A stretch of DNA of 64,000 nucleotides, taken from NCBI GenBank assembly GCA_965637545.1, contig OZ281500.1, positions 11,966,001-12,030,000 of the forward strand, given 5' to 3'. The notes under the pieces are model-generated. The model did no database searches. It was not told the origin of the DNA and was given only the letters and a program-made list of their open reading frames with translations. This document shows positions 52,801-64,000 of this stretch, piece after piece. This DNA comes from Phallusia mammillata. Taxonomy: Eukaryota. Both the position numbers and the translations under genes were made by a program. Position 1 is the stretch's first letter; the number at the start of each line of letters is the position of its first letter.

Positions 52801-55800
52801 TTAAGCGTTTTTATAGCTATATATTTATAGTTTTTTGAAGACCGGTCCGCGATAAAATTTTAGTTTCAAAAACGGTCCGCAATGCAAAAAGGTTGCCGAC
52901 CCCTGCTTTACACGACACAAATTCGAGCAAATGAACTTAAAATAAAAAGAGAGCCCCCAAAACAGATTTTCTTTGGAGTCCAATTTCATGTAAGCATAGT
53001 AAACACTATTCGCCAAAACCGAAACAAAGTTTATGTGTGACCAGCACCTTGTGTATCATTTATTCCTTCTTGTTTAAAGTCTGGGGATTCATTTCTAAAA
53101 TCCTGCATAAAATAAATTAAGTAAAACATAGCACAGATAACCCGTGGCAAATAAAATGAACGTATATTACAGTTTCGTCATGAGAAATATCCCTGAAAAC
53201 TTCAGGAATTCCTTTGTCAGTATCTTGGGTTTCCGGTTCTACATTTGACAGAGGTTCTTGTTTTAGCTAAAGATTAAATATTCAAATAATTTAGTGCCTT
53301 GATCAGTATGTGCATCTACACTAGTAATGAAAATTTTATTGGAAAAAAGATACGGCGATACTCGATTATTACGATTAAACTGTCATAGTCACCTGCACGA
53401 TTGGCGGCAGTTTGACATCATGCTTTGTAGAATCCAACAAGTCACTGCTCGAGTCGGATGTCTATTGCGACAAAAAAGATTAACCGAAGGTACAAACAAC
53501 GTAACGGAAAGTTCCATTATGCAATTGGTTATGTTTACGTTCATTCCAGTTACCAAAAAATCATTATACCTCAACAGTTGGTGGCGTTGACAAATCTTGC
53601 ATGAGCGAATCGCCAGTCACATTGCGAGCCGAGTGTGTTGTCTACTCAGCCAAAAGACATTACATCAAAAAATTCTTGTAAAATATTTCGATTTTTCAGT
53701 ATAAGACTATTATAAAATACCTGTATTGGTGGCAAAGAACCTGATGTGTGTGCGGTCTGCAATAAAACCAACAAAAATCGCTTCATGTATTTACACGGAA
53801 AATGCACATTTTTTCACAAACTTTTTTGGAAAATACCTGTATAGGTGGCAATGAACTGCCCGATGCGTGTGCGGCCTGCATTAAAACCCAATCGTTACAC
53901 AGTGGACAATAATTTTAATAAAACATTTCTATAGGAAGTACCTGTATAGGGGGCAATGAAGCGGCGGCCTGTATCAAAATTTACAAAAAGTACGTTATGT
54001 AATGATACATGCGCTATTTAACTTTGTTACCTGTAGGCCTATTGGTGGCAGCGTAACCTCCCTTTTAATGTGGCCAACTTGGCCCGTTGCTTGCGCTGCC
54101 TGCATGCAACAACATAAATGTCATAACTTTAAACAGGAAGAAAAATCCAAATAACAAGAGCTATTTTTACAATTTTAAGTTAAACTACCTGTATTGGTGG
54201 CAATGTTATTTCCCGCTTTAGATTGCCAGATGGGCTGTTGGATGGGTTGGATGTCTGACCCTGAAACAATTACCAACGAAAATGACGTATTGTGTTTAAA
54301 TCGACATATTTATGTGTCATTTTAATTAAATCAAACCAATTAAGATTACTTACCGGGATTAGCGGTAGTGTTGACCCTCGCTGAATAAAACCAGGATTTT
54401 GGTGTGTCTGCAACAAACAAAGCAACGCTAAACATTTAAAAGTTATTGTAAAAAATACTTACATGTATCAGTGGTAATGTTGACTCCCGTTGGATAAAAC
54501 CAGGATTTTGGTGTATCTACATTACAACAACAAACTATCGGAAATATTCGCTCTTAAATATTTATTTACTATCAACCAACAAATAAGAATACGAGTCTTC
54601 GTTCGTGCAATTATATCCACTTAAACGTCATAAAACCCATTTAAACTTAAACATCTTTGCCTCTTAATTTATTTGTAGCAATGAATCATTTAAGAAATTG
54701 CAACAGCTTTCTGTGAGTGTTTTCACCCACCAAAAATAAATAAATAAAGAGAGAAATAAAGAAGCAGTAAAACGAAAAGCGCACGTAAAATTGGAAGATG
54801 GCAGTATACCATGCCAGCCGATTGACCTGACAACCCCAAGGTGGAGGATCTGTGCAGCAAAAGTGCATGATGCTTAGGTTTTAAACAATGTGGACAATAG
54901 GGCAAATTTGTAGCTTTTTTACCACATTTTTGCAAACTATTTAGCCCAGGGGTGGGGAACCTACTTAGTACAGCGGGCCGCATGAATTCTACTACATTTT
55001 CGGGCGGGCCAAATATTTATTTATTTTCAAATTCCGTGTAAAAATACCCAAAGTTTTATATTTCACCAGTGGTTTTATATTTCATCGCTCCAGATTTGAT
55101 TTTTTCTTTCCTGCTACATGTTTGCAACAAACTAGGCATACAGGTTTATCACTTATTTCGACTAAAAAATAAGAGTTGGAACACCCTAGCTCTATTACGG
55201 ATCTGTTTATTTTTTCAATGATATGTTTGAAATAACAATATAAGGATCGCACGTTAATAGCTCTAAAAAAATAACACCACATGACAAATGATTTGTTACT
55301 GCAAGAAAAGGCAATCGAGTGACCGTTACGTCACAAATATAGCAAGTGGTTCAAAGTTTGGCGTCATAATGTGGATTTGGGAGATATTGAATATAAATTA
55401 CCAATAATGTTGAAGTAATTTTTACAAAATATTTGTACATAAACATTTTATTGCTTTTTTATGCTATGTTGTATACTTTAACAAAAATCTGATGCGGGCC
55501 ACATTAAAAAGGCATGCGGGCCGCAGGTTCCCCACCCCTGATTTAGCCCAAGCCATTCTAGTCTGGCAACCCTGGCATTGCCTTGGTAACACCATCATTG
55601 CTTATTGTTCTACATTGTATCCCTAATGTACAACTTTACACGCTACGTTTCAAGAGCTGTAAGTGTCTATAAATATAAACAAACCACATGCAAGAATTAA
55701 AGTAAAATCTTATGTCGGAAAGGAAAACGGTTTTGATTAGCTGTTACTCATAACCGCATAACGTCGCATATTAAAGATTTTGGTCTAAATAACTTTGAAG

Positions 55801-57682
55801 CAAGTACTCCTCAAGCAGAAAAAAAGATAATTATTATCTTTGCTTTTTACCTCGGAAGTAGTTGATAGCGCGTTTGCAGCTGTATGTTGCACTTGTTGAC
55901 CGAAACCGATCGGTTGTAGTTGGTACATCTATACACCATACGTTACAAACATTTATTGCATAAGCGTGTTTTTATAATTTACCTGCATGGGAACAATACG
56001 CTGTTGTCCTGTGTCACCACCTAAGAAAAAATAAATGTAAATAAAAAAGTGTCAATTTGCTTGTCTTAAACAAGGTTTCAGTGACCTGATCCAATATACA
56101 GTTGCTGGGGGTTCATTCTGGTTGTTGGCACAGGATTAACAGTCGTCTTTGAAAAAAAAAACAAATTTACATTCACTTAACGTTTAACATAAGCGTATAG
56201 TGGATGGCATGAAGGATTTAGAGTTTAGACTGCATTAACATAACATGAAAGTAAACCCAAAATTTTATGGCAAAAGCTTACCGATACACCTCCGGAAGCC
56301 ACTCTACAGCCGTAACCGGACTGGATAGCTGCCACTATAACCGAAGACAATGCAAGCAGACACATTGTAAGGTAATACATAAATGCGAAGGCTGCTGGAA
56401 TAATTGGGTCAAGTTCCTGAAATTAAACGCGTTTTATCTTGCTGCCCAGGATTGACTGATCCACAAAGCAGTGGAACTTTTTGTTAATGGTTTTTAACCT
56501 TGGCAGGCGAAATCAATCAATCAATCAATTTAATTTATTTGCTTCAGCCAACAGTGCTCAAACTGAGTATATCGTTTGTAAGCTGAGTGTTTCACTACTA
56601 GTAGCATATTTTCAAAATAAAATATTATTTTGATTTGATAAAGCAGCAACGAAATTATACCGCCGAGAATACTCAAGGAAATCCACTGCGCAATGTGGAT
56701 TAGTTTTTCCCACCAGCCTGATATGGGCTCATCAAATGCCGCTTTGCTCAGTGTAGTACTACTAGCTAAAGAGTTATATAACCCACAACCTTGTGAGTAC
56801 AAATCAGTTTCCATAAACACTGGACCACATCCGAGGCCTTACTTCAGCAGTGACGTTTTTGCTCAATCAGTATAATCAGTAACGGCAGTAACGCTTTTTT
56901 ATTCAAATATATTGATGACAACAATTACAGGTTACATCTCCAGAATCAAGCACGATTGCATTCGCTATAAGACCGTTGCATAATAAACTAATTAGGGTAT
57001 AGTATACATAACATTTTGTTACATATTTTGTATTTTAGTCAACCCTGGTTTGGAATTGTTTGTTATGTAAAATAACCTACTGCCCTATACTCACCCAACT
57101 TTGGTAATTCTGACAGATGTACGAAAACGGGTTGTTGAGGCAGTCATAGGAATTCGCAACAATTGTTTGCGCGACTTCAATTCCAAGCATTGCCGAAGCA
57201 GCAAGAAATGCAAGAATGGAAGCAATTAACTGAGTCACAATCTGCAAAAACAGATTTTTACAAAAATTTGATAGAAGTTGGCAATTTGTTTCAACATACA
57301 TAGCATTTGGAAGATTTCGTTGATAAAATCACACCAAGAACTCCTGCAATCAAACTCTAAAAACACAAAGTTATATTGTTCTAAAAAGCATTTTTCTTAA
57401 AATTACTATAGAAAACTCACGCAAGATCCACCCCATATACCAGAAGATATGAAGGTTAATGTTTGAGTTAAATAATCCAAATTATAGTCATATTGACGTT
57501 TACTAAACATTACCAAATACGGAATTGACATCATTATGCACACAGAACCAAGTAAAATTTGAAAGATCTAAAAAAAAACATTTTTATTCAATACATTTTG
57601 TGCAGTAAGAGTAAAACTTTTTACGTACCCCAAGAATCTTCATCTGACCGAAATGCCATGTAAATTTTCTATACTGGTTCAT
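49839..57682 (-). CDS. MS4A/CD20-like 4-TM protein with long cytoplasmic tail ending in a dynein microtubule-binding-domain-like module, ~770 aa, 28 coding exons (57629-57682, 57421-57567, 57300-57356, 57095-57241, 56282-56416, 56086-56146, 55983-56020, 55851-55928, 54463-54516, 54354-54407, 54189-54260, 54031-54099, 53942-53968, 53837-53875, 53721-53756, 53171-53266, 53048-53102, 52548-52594, 52340-52385, 52084-52133, 51954-51999, 51676-51725, 51369-51531, 51129-51305, 50727-50893, 50457-50579, 50014-50199, 49839-49877)
   Basis: MS4A hallmarks are MKILG|IFQILLG, GIWGGSC|SLIAGVLGV and a TM4 ending IQSGYGC. All junctions are GT-AG with matching phases, giving one 2313-nt ORF. The C-terminus is QSTIAEIRSYQNPIPAVHNVMIATYLLLG...KWSNIQSLLG...IRDASAGAATFYVWV. 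Confidence 0.72.
52672..52905. mobile_element. hAT (Charlie-type) MITE
   Basis: TIRs CAGTGGTCGGCAACC / GGTTGCCGACCCCTG with a perfect 8-bp TSD CTTTACAC. Confidence 0.92.
54947..55540 (-). mobile_element. Internally deleted hAT-Charlie/SPIN-type transposon retaining a transposase zinc-finger fragment
   Basis: Perfect TIRs CAGGGGTGGGGAACCT / AGGTTCCCCACCCCTG and an 8-bp TSD ATTTAGCC. The minus-strand YFLVEISDKPVCLVCCKHVAGKKKSNLER resembles the N-terminal BED-type finger of Charlie/GTF2IRD2-like transposases. Confidence 0.9.
56511..56880 (-). mobile_element. Probable non-LTR retroelement/SINE-like 3' end with degenerate hammerhead-like fold
   Basis: The minus strand ends AATAAATTAAATT(GATT)4, typical of LINE/SINE tails; hairpins lie at 56680-56735. 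The far boundary is uncertain. Confidence 0.4.
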
Positions 57683-58806
57683 TTTTCTGTCTGTTGTAAA
57701 AATCTGCCAAATATCTAATTTAATTTGGTGCAAAAACAGCTTTCATTCTACACCACGCAGAATGCGTCTTTACAAGTGATATGAAATGGTAAAATGCTAC
57801 ACAGGTTCAGTGATACTACTTTTCGTTACCTGATAATGCGATGTACAACTCAGTGAACCAATATTTGTTTTGTATAGCTTTACGGCAGCGATTTAATCTA
57901 AGTTTGGCACAACTACTTTCACTATGAGCTAATTTATGAGCGTGAAAGTTCCTTCGTCGCCTCACGATTATTTGCTAAACACTTGTTGTTTTTAACGAAC
58001 CGCCAAATGAAAGTAATAACCGTTTCTGGAATTTTTGTCCACTTGGAAAATGGACATGTTTGTGTTTGAATAATAAAGCAATAAAGTTTTTGGACTTACC
58101 GGTTAACTTTTTCCCTTAAGGTTTAATACTACCGCAGTTACAGCGTTTATGTGGATAATGAGGACTTAATTATTGCATTGATAAAACATGTTACAGTTTT
58201 TTGGAAGTACAACAAATTTTCGGCGTTCTTTGTCGTTCGTGCTTTGTCGGCTCTTTGGTGCAGAGTGCAAACGATCTGCGCTGTTGCGGAGTGTTTTTTA
58301 TTGGCTCCAATAAATGTTACTTTGCGTACTGCTAACAAATGTTGCACCACGTGGTCCAAAGGTTATGCAATTATTTTAGTTGTAACTCCATATTAAGTCC
58401 ATATTAAGTTAGGTTATATTTTATTTTTAATTTTATTCATTACATTGAATTACCCTTCCAGCTAACCTGTCAGTCAGAAACAATTCAAACCAACATTAGT
58501 CAATCTTATTAAAATGTACTTCTAAATAAATCGTTCACTATAAAGCTGTAAAATCAATAGATACCAGATGAAAATTGCGTCTACAAGAGACAAAAAACAA
58601 AATTGTGGCTTTAAAGACTATTGTCACACATTCACTGCAACCTATTTTGAAATGTATGTGTGTGTACTTTCTATTTTACATTAAAAATGACTGATAAATT
58701 GTCAAAATTTCGTCAGTGTTTAAAATGTTTGCGTATTTTCGGGGAAAATGGGAAGATAATAGTGTTGGGGTTCCACGGTAAACGTGAAATATTACACAAA
58801 ACTCCA

Positions 58807-59132
58807 GGAAAGTCTACTAACACCATACCTCATGGCAGACACACATTTAGCTAATTTTCGATAGGTGTCGCAAAGAGCACTTTTCTTATTTAAAACGTTA
58901 TATCTCTAAAAATGCTCACGGTTAGGGTTACTGGGGCCGGGGTAAGGTATAACCATTTAAAATTAAAAAAAAAACTATACCAAGAGAACTTAGTTTCTGA
59001 TGTAAAATTTTCAAAAAGTCCCCAACCTCACCCCTCTATAGCCGCTAGATAAATAATTCAGCTCTTTGCGCCATCTATCAAAAAATAGTTAAATGTGGGT
59101 CTGTCGTGAGGTATGGTGTTAATAGCTCTACC
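58807..59132. mobile_element. Long-TIR MITE (copy 1)
   Basis: ~65-bp imperfect TIRs (CTACTAACACCATACCTCATGGCAGAC... / ...GTCTGTCGTGAGGTATGGTGTTAATAG) and an internal GGTTAGGGTTA; related copy at 63638-63930. Confidence 0.8.
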
Positions 59133-59728
59133 AAAACTTCATGAAATCTAACGTAACCAGTTTGGTAAGCGATTCGCCAACAGTCTTCTTTGACACACAA
59201 ATTCACCGCCATGCAGATCTGCACAGTTTAAAAATTTTGCACAAACGTTCAACATCTGAAAAAAAAAACTTCTAAAAAAAAACTTTTTCGGCTGCTGGTG
59301 CAAACTGACGAGAAGGAAAGATGGTGATGGTGAATCTCAATCTTCCTCACTAATGTTTTATTGCCGCATTTCTATTTTACTGTTTATTTTATGTCACTTA
59401 AGCACTAATTGTTTAATAAATTTGGACGAAACTTAGCTGGGATACATATGTATTTCTATAATTGTTTGTCACTGTTTACCCAGCTATTCTGAAACAAAAC
59501 GTTTTTGGTAAGTAACCACAAATTATCATTTTGTTGTTAGGCTGTGTCATAAGCAGAGATACGTTTATCGTAACTTATTGGAGTTTAATGGGTTTAAGAA
59601 GGCAAAGCCTGAAACCCAACAAGAGGACCCTATAAATATTGTAACTTTCATTTTCAATAATTAATATACAAGAAGTCTTCCTGAATGTGTATGCAAGCGT
59701 CACAAAAACTAGTTTTGCAAGATACTGC

Positions 59729-59752
59729 ATTTATTTATTTATTTATTTATTT
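59729..59752. repeat. (ATTT)6 microsatellite
   Basis: Read directly from the sequence. Confidence 0.9.
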
Positions 59753-60301
59753 GTTTTTGGTAAGTTAGTGCAGAAACGGTATTGATGTTTCGACCTATTT
59801 TTCTATCATTAAGAATTTGAATTATCCGTGTACATACATTTCCACCTTGTCCTGCGGCAATTTGAGTGGAAAAGCAACAAGACTAAAAGGTATTTTTTGT
59901 TTAAGGTTGTAGACCACTCTTAACTGCAAGAAACACGCATGGATTGCGTCATAATCTCATGTACAACCTTGTACTGTCGCGGATATTAAAAAAAGAGAAA
60001 AAAGGTTCCAAAGTGCTGCGCGTTGATCAATATCGATTCCCATTTCGAATCCTGTGGTCGTTGCATCTGCTTGTGTAACGTTGCTGTACGTCGGAACGGA
60101 GAGATGATCTCACTCTGCGCCTTCGTCATAAAAAGTACCAGCGCAGGCCGCTACCAATTATAGACTTAGTTTAAAGGAGGCAGTAATTTGAAATAGAAAA
60201 TCAGGTAGGTTAGATTAGCGGTCTAGTTTAGTCCGAATTTGCACACCTTTATTAATTTCGCTTGACAGCAGGTTTTCGTTGTCAGTTGTGATCCTTCTAC
60301 A

Positions 60302-63300
60302 ATGGCTTTGGATCTATGTTTGGATGATTTTAACGATGAAGATTTAAGTGACATTTTACAAGACAAAGACCTCCACCAAAACTGCTATGCCAACGATTCG
60401 TTTAAGGTAATTATAAATACAAATCACAGCTGTTTGCAAATGGATTTGTGTAGCCAACAAGAGTATCGATTTCTTCCATTACCAGATTGCGAAACGCAGA
60501 GCTACCGGTCGTCGCTCAAAGAGGACTACGTCAGATTCGATTCTTAAGCAACCAAATTTAAATCGTACAAGACCACAAAGCATGCACGAAATGAGGTTAG
60601 TGTCATGTTTTTTGACTTTTCATACCAACCTGGGAACGTATACGTTTTTAAATGGTTTTTAAAGGTTTTGAAAAATTTAAGTAAATTCAAAGCAATATAA
60701 ACCAGATTAGGACATGTACTGAGATTTAAAGCACGCTTTTGACTTATAACAATAAGATTAATAATAATCCGTTTTCAATCCATCTATTGATGCTACGTAA
60801 TCCTACAGGATAACCCATTTAAAATTCTGTTGAATGAGTTGTCATAAAAGTTTCTACTACTTAAAGGTCTGCACCTAACCGACGACCACGACCAACAACT
60901 TTGAAGTTTTTCGCCGAACCGGCCAGGCCAGGTCCACTCGTGAAGTTGGATGAGCCGTTAGACGAACAAACCGCAGTTTGTGGTAAGTTACACATTGTGT
61001 GATGTGTTTAGTGGGAATTACCAATTGTGTGTCAAAAATCGATTAGTCAAAGGTCAAAAGCAACAACACAAAAGGTGATAGTCGGCCATATGCCGTACCC
61101 TGCTGTCACGTGAGACAGCAAGAGCCAATCATGGATGCCTGACGTAACAAATGCAATGTGTCCCGTCGAACAAAGTTAATCAATTATTTATTGGGATAGC
61201 CGTCAGCCTGAGCATGCTGTTGTTTTAGGGTGTACCAGTCCGTTTACGTAACATTTACTGTATATACTGACCTGTATGTTTGTCTTTTTAATTTACTGTG
61301 TATAATGTTTGAACACCTTTTTTATTTTTAAAGCTTCTAAAACCGACCAACAAAACTCACCCGTTGATGCAAACAAACAGCTTGTTGTGTCCAGATTGAG
61401 AGAAAGTTATTCGGAAGAAACTATCAAAAACAATAATATGAAGCCAACGCCTAGTCCGTTAAAAGAAACAAACAAGGTTGCCTAAATCAACGTTTTCAAC
61501 TCTTTACCGAAGGAACACATTTATACAATTAAAATTACTTTTTGCTTGCGCAGAATTCACCAAATGCCACAACGTTGTGTATCCAACAAAGCACAGATCT
61601 TGACAGTAGGTTGGTACTAACAACAACAAACTTTGTTATAATAAAGTGGTAATGGTAAACGTTCTTGCGTAACTTTCGGTAGGACCGATTCATATCCTTC
61701 GAAACCCTCTGAAGCAAACGAACACAGAAAACTAATTAGGACAAGAAGCATCCAGCAACCTGTGCAGCGTTACGTGGGATTGACTAGAAGTGCATCTGAA
61801 TGGTGTAAGTTTTTTTTGCCATGTTTTACAACGTGTCACTATTTATTGCAAGCTTTTTCAAAAACTGATAAAAAAACGTCAAGTCGTCTTGCATTGTTAC
61901 TATGTTATAGCCTGTAATTATGTAAACTATACATCGCTTTGTATTTTGTGTAGTTTAAAGTACGCTGGCCTATCTAGTTTAGGAAAAAAAGATGTATGGA
62001 AGGGTTCTTGTTTTCCTGTGCTTATACTTATTAGCCGCTGCTTTTAGCGATTGAAGACCCTGATCGTGTGGAATATTGCTACGTCAACGGAGAACTAAAA
62101 GAACAAACACACACGGCATCTTTCAAATTTGTACCAAGACACGCGGACGAAATACTTTTGGAGGTAGAGCTTAATACTCGTTGCAAATATTAAAATTATT
62201 GTTTTTCTATGACATATTAATGTGTGGTTTGTTTAGATCAACGATCCTCTTCATATTATTAACCAAGCAGACGATTTTTGGTACGAAGGAATTAATATGA
62301 GGACTGGCCAGCAAGGGATATTTCCCGCGTATTATGCTCAGTCATTATTTGAAGACCTAGATGATGTGTCAGGTATGTTCTAAAAATATATCACAATCGC
62401 TGCTGAAGCTTTACCCTTGCTTGCCATTTAAACATAATTTTGCCGTTGTCCATTTTTCGAATTTGTTGTCACGAAGATGCAGGAAGCTAATGATAACTTT
62501 GTACCTGCAGTGTTTAGTCTTAAAGACGAAAACTGCGAACGATTTAATCTGTACTTTCTCGGGTCAGTCGAAGTGGCATACCATAAAGGAAATGATATAC
62601 TTTGTGAGGCTATGCGAAAGGTATGTCGACCTCTTTGTTTGAGATGTGTAAGTAGAAACCTTACACACTTGTTTATGTCAAGGTGGCGCTAACGAGACGA
62701 AATTCTCTGCACAAATCGCCACCAGCCTATGTTTGTTTGCTGGTGAACGCTCACGGTTTAAAAATGATGGATCAATCCCAAATGAAGCAAGTTTCACAAA
62801 AGCCATTCAGTTCAAGTGCCCAGGTAGACTACTGTGAAAATTTTAATACTTTGAAATGCTAATTGTTTGTCCTAAATGAGAACAAATAGAAAAGATGTAA
62901 GAGGTAAGGATCAAAACAAAGTCCACGTAATAAAGCACTTATTCGGAGGACTACGTCAATGTTTGGTCATCCGAGCACAACCCAATTGTGGGTCAATAAA
63001 TTATTCAACTGTCATCTTTGTGCTTTGGTAGGCTACTATAACGCTCCGTTCCTCCGTAGGACATAGCTTGGCGGTAATGCACACACAGCTGTGTGCTACT
63101 TGATCTTTAATCTACTTTTATTCACATAATATAATTAAGCTTACAATTTATCATCGCCATGTTATTTAATTTTTATGTGTCTAACACAAAAAAGTAATTT
63201 ACAGAGAATTGTTTAAACTAAAGATGACTCTTTTGAATAGTTTTGATTTATAAAATAAGAAATAACATGTGTTTTTTTTTCAGGTAAAGGAACGTACACA

Positions 63301-63529
63301 TTTCTTTCAATTGCGAAACGTTTCGTTTTGTGGTCAGCATCCAAGAAATGACAAATACTTTGCATTTATTACCCGTCACCCAGATTTCTTTTCTCGTTTC
63401 GCTTGTCACGTTTTCGTCTCGGAAACCTCGACACGCCCGCTGGCCGAAAGTGTCGGACGCGCATTTGCTTCGTTTTATCGTGAATATATAGAAAGTGCAC
63501 ACCCAGCTGAAGACATTTACATTGAATAG
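60302..63529 (+). CDS. MAPK8IP1: JNK-interacting protein JIP1/2 homolog, ~466 aa; exons 60302-60406, 60486-60595, 60867-60982, 61334-61476, 61554-61609, 61683-61804, 62048-62163, 62237-62372, 62511-62620, 62683-62823, 63284-63529
   Basis: N-terminal [15 protein letters not shown]-docking motif [13 protein letters not shown]3 ([16 protein letters not shown]...WYEG...GIFPAYY), PTB/PID ([17 protein letters not shown]...RFACHVFVS), and the kinesin-light-chain-binding end EDIYIE*. Confidence 0.93.
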
Positions 63530-63637
63530 TCGATTGCCTAATTGAACATTATCTTATTTGGTTACATATAATAATGTTTCTTCGCAATAAAAATGATTGG
63601 CATCTGGCATGAGTGTTGTGCATCGCTGTACAAAGGG

Positions 63638-63930
63638 GGTAGAGCCACTAACACTCACGACAGACCTACATTTAGGTATTTTTTGATAGGTGGCGGATAG
63701 AGCTGAATTATTTATTTAGCAGCTGAAGAGGGGGCTAGAATGTAAGTTTTTGAAAACATTACTACAGAAATTGCAAGTTTCATTGAATTTTGTATGCTAA
63801 TACCTTGCCCCGCCCTACTAGCCCTAACCGTATACATTTTCAGAGGTATCCTTTTAGTAGCTAAAATGCTCTTTACGACACCTTTTGCAAATTAGTTAAA
63901 TGTGAGTCTGCCATGGGGTACGGAGCATAG
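63638..63930. mobile_element. Long-TIR MITE (copy 2, inverted relative to copy 1)
   Basis: Reverse-complement similarity to 58807-59132 (GGTAGAGC...CACGACAGACC...AGAGCTGAATTATTTAT...CCCTAACCGT). Confidence 0.75.
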
Positions 63931-64000
63931 GCGTTTACAATGGCAGTAGTTGCTGAGTCAGCGCCAACTACCGGAAATTTCCAAACCGGCGTGTTGTGAG

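Noticed and set aside
59304-59345. CTGACGA...GAAA hammerhead-like core
   Set aside because: No stem II and no stem I pairing.

Overview
AT-rich, intron-containing animal genomic DNA. The many 55-100 bp introns, chordate-like genes and alternating CpG-rich/CpG-poor domains fit a compact invertebrate chordate such as an ascidian (inference). Seven spliced protein-coding genes were reconstructed by hand from GT-AG boundaries and frame continuity: cyclin D (-, 1240-18443, very long CpG-rich introns), PSMA1 (+), V-ATPase subunit C (-), DEAF1 (+, SAND+MYND), a ~1940-aa uncharacterised probable nuclear protein with an AT-hook (+), an unusual 28-exon gene (-), and JIP1/MAPK8IP (+). The 28-exon gene is the most striking. 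It appears to join an MS4A/CD20-like four-transmembrane domain, an array of LP(P/L)I microexons, a charged helix and a stand-alone dynein-like microtubule-binding domain, making it a candidate membrane-to-microtubule tether. The mobile DNA comprises hAT MITEs with perfect 8-bp TSDs, three Helentron/Helitron-like non-autonomous elements, an inverted MITE pair flanking JIP, and a Penelope-like insert carrying a minimal hammerhead ribozyme inside a 62-bp palindrome. Most short ORFs in the supplied track are spurious or are exon fragments.
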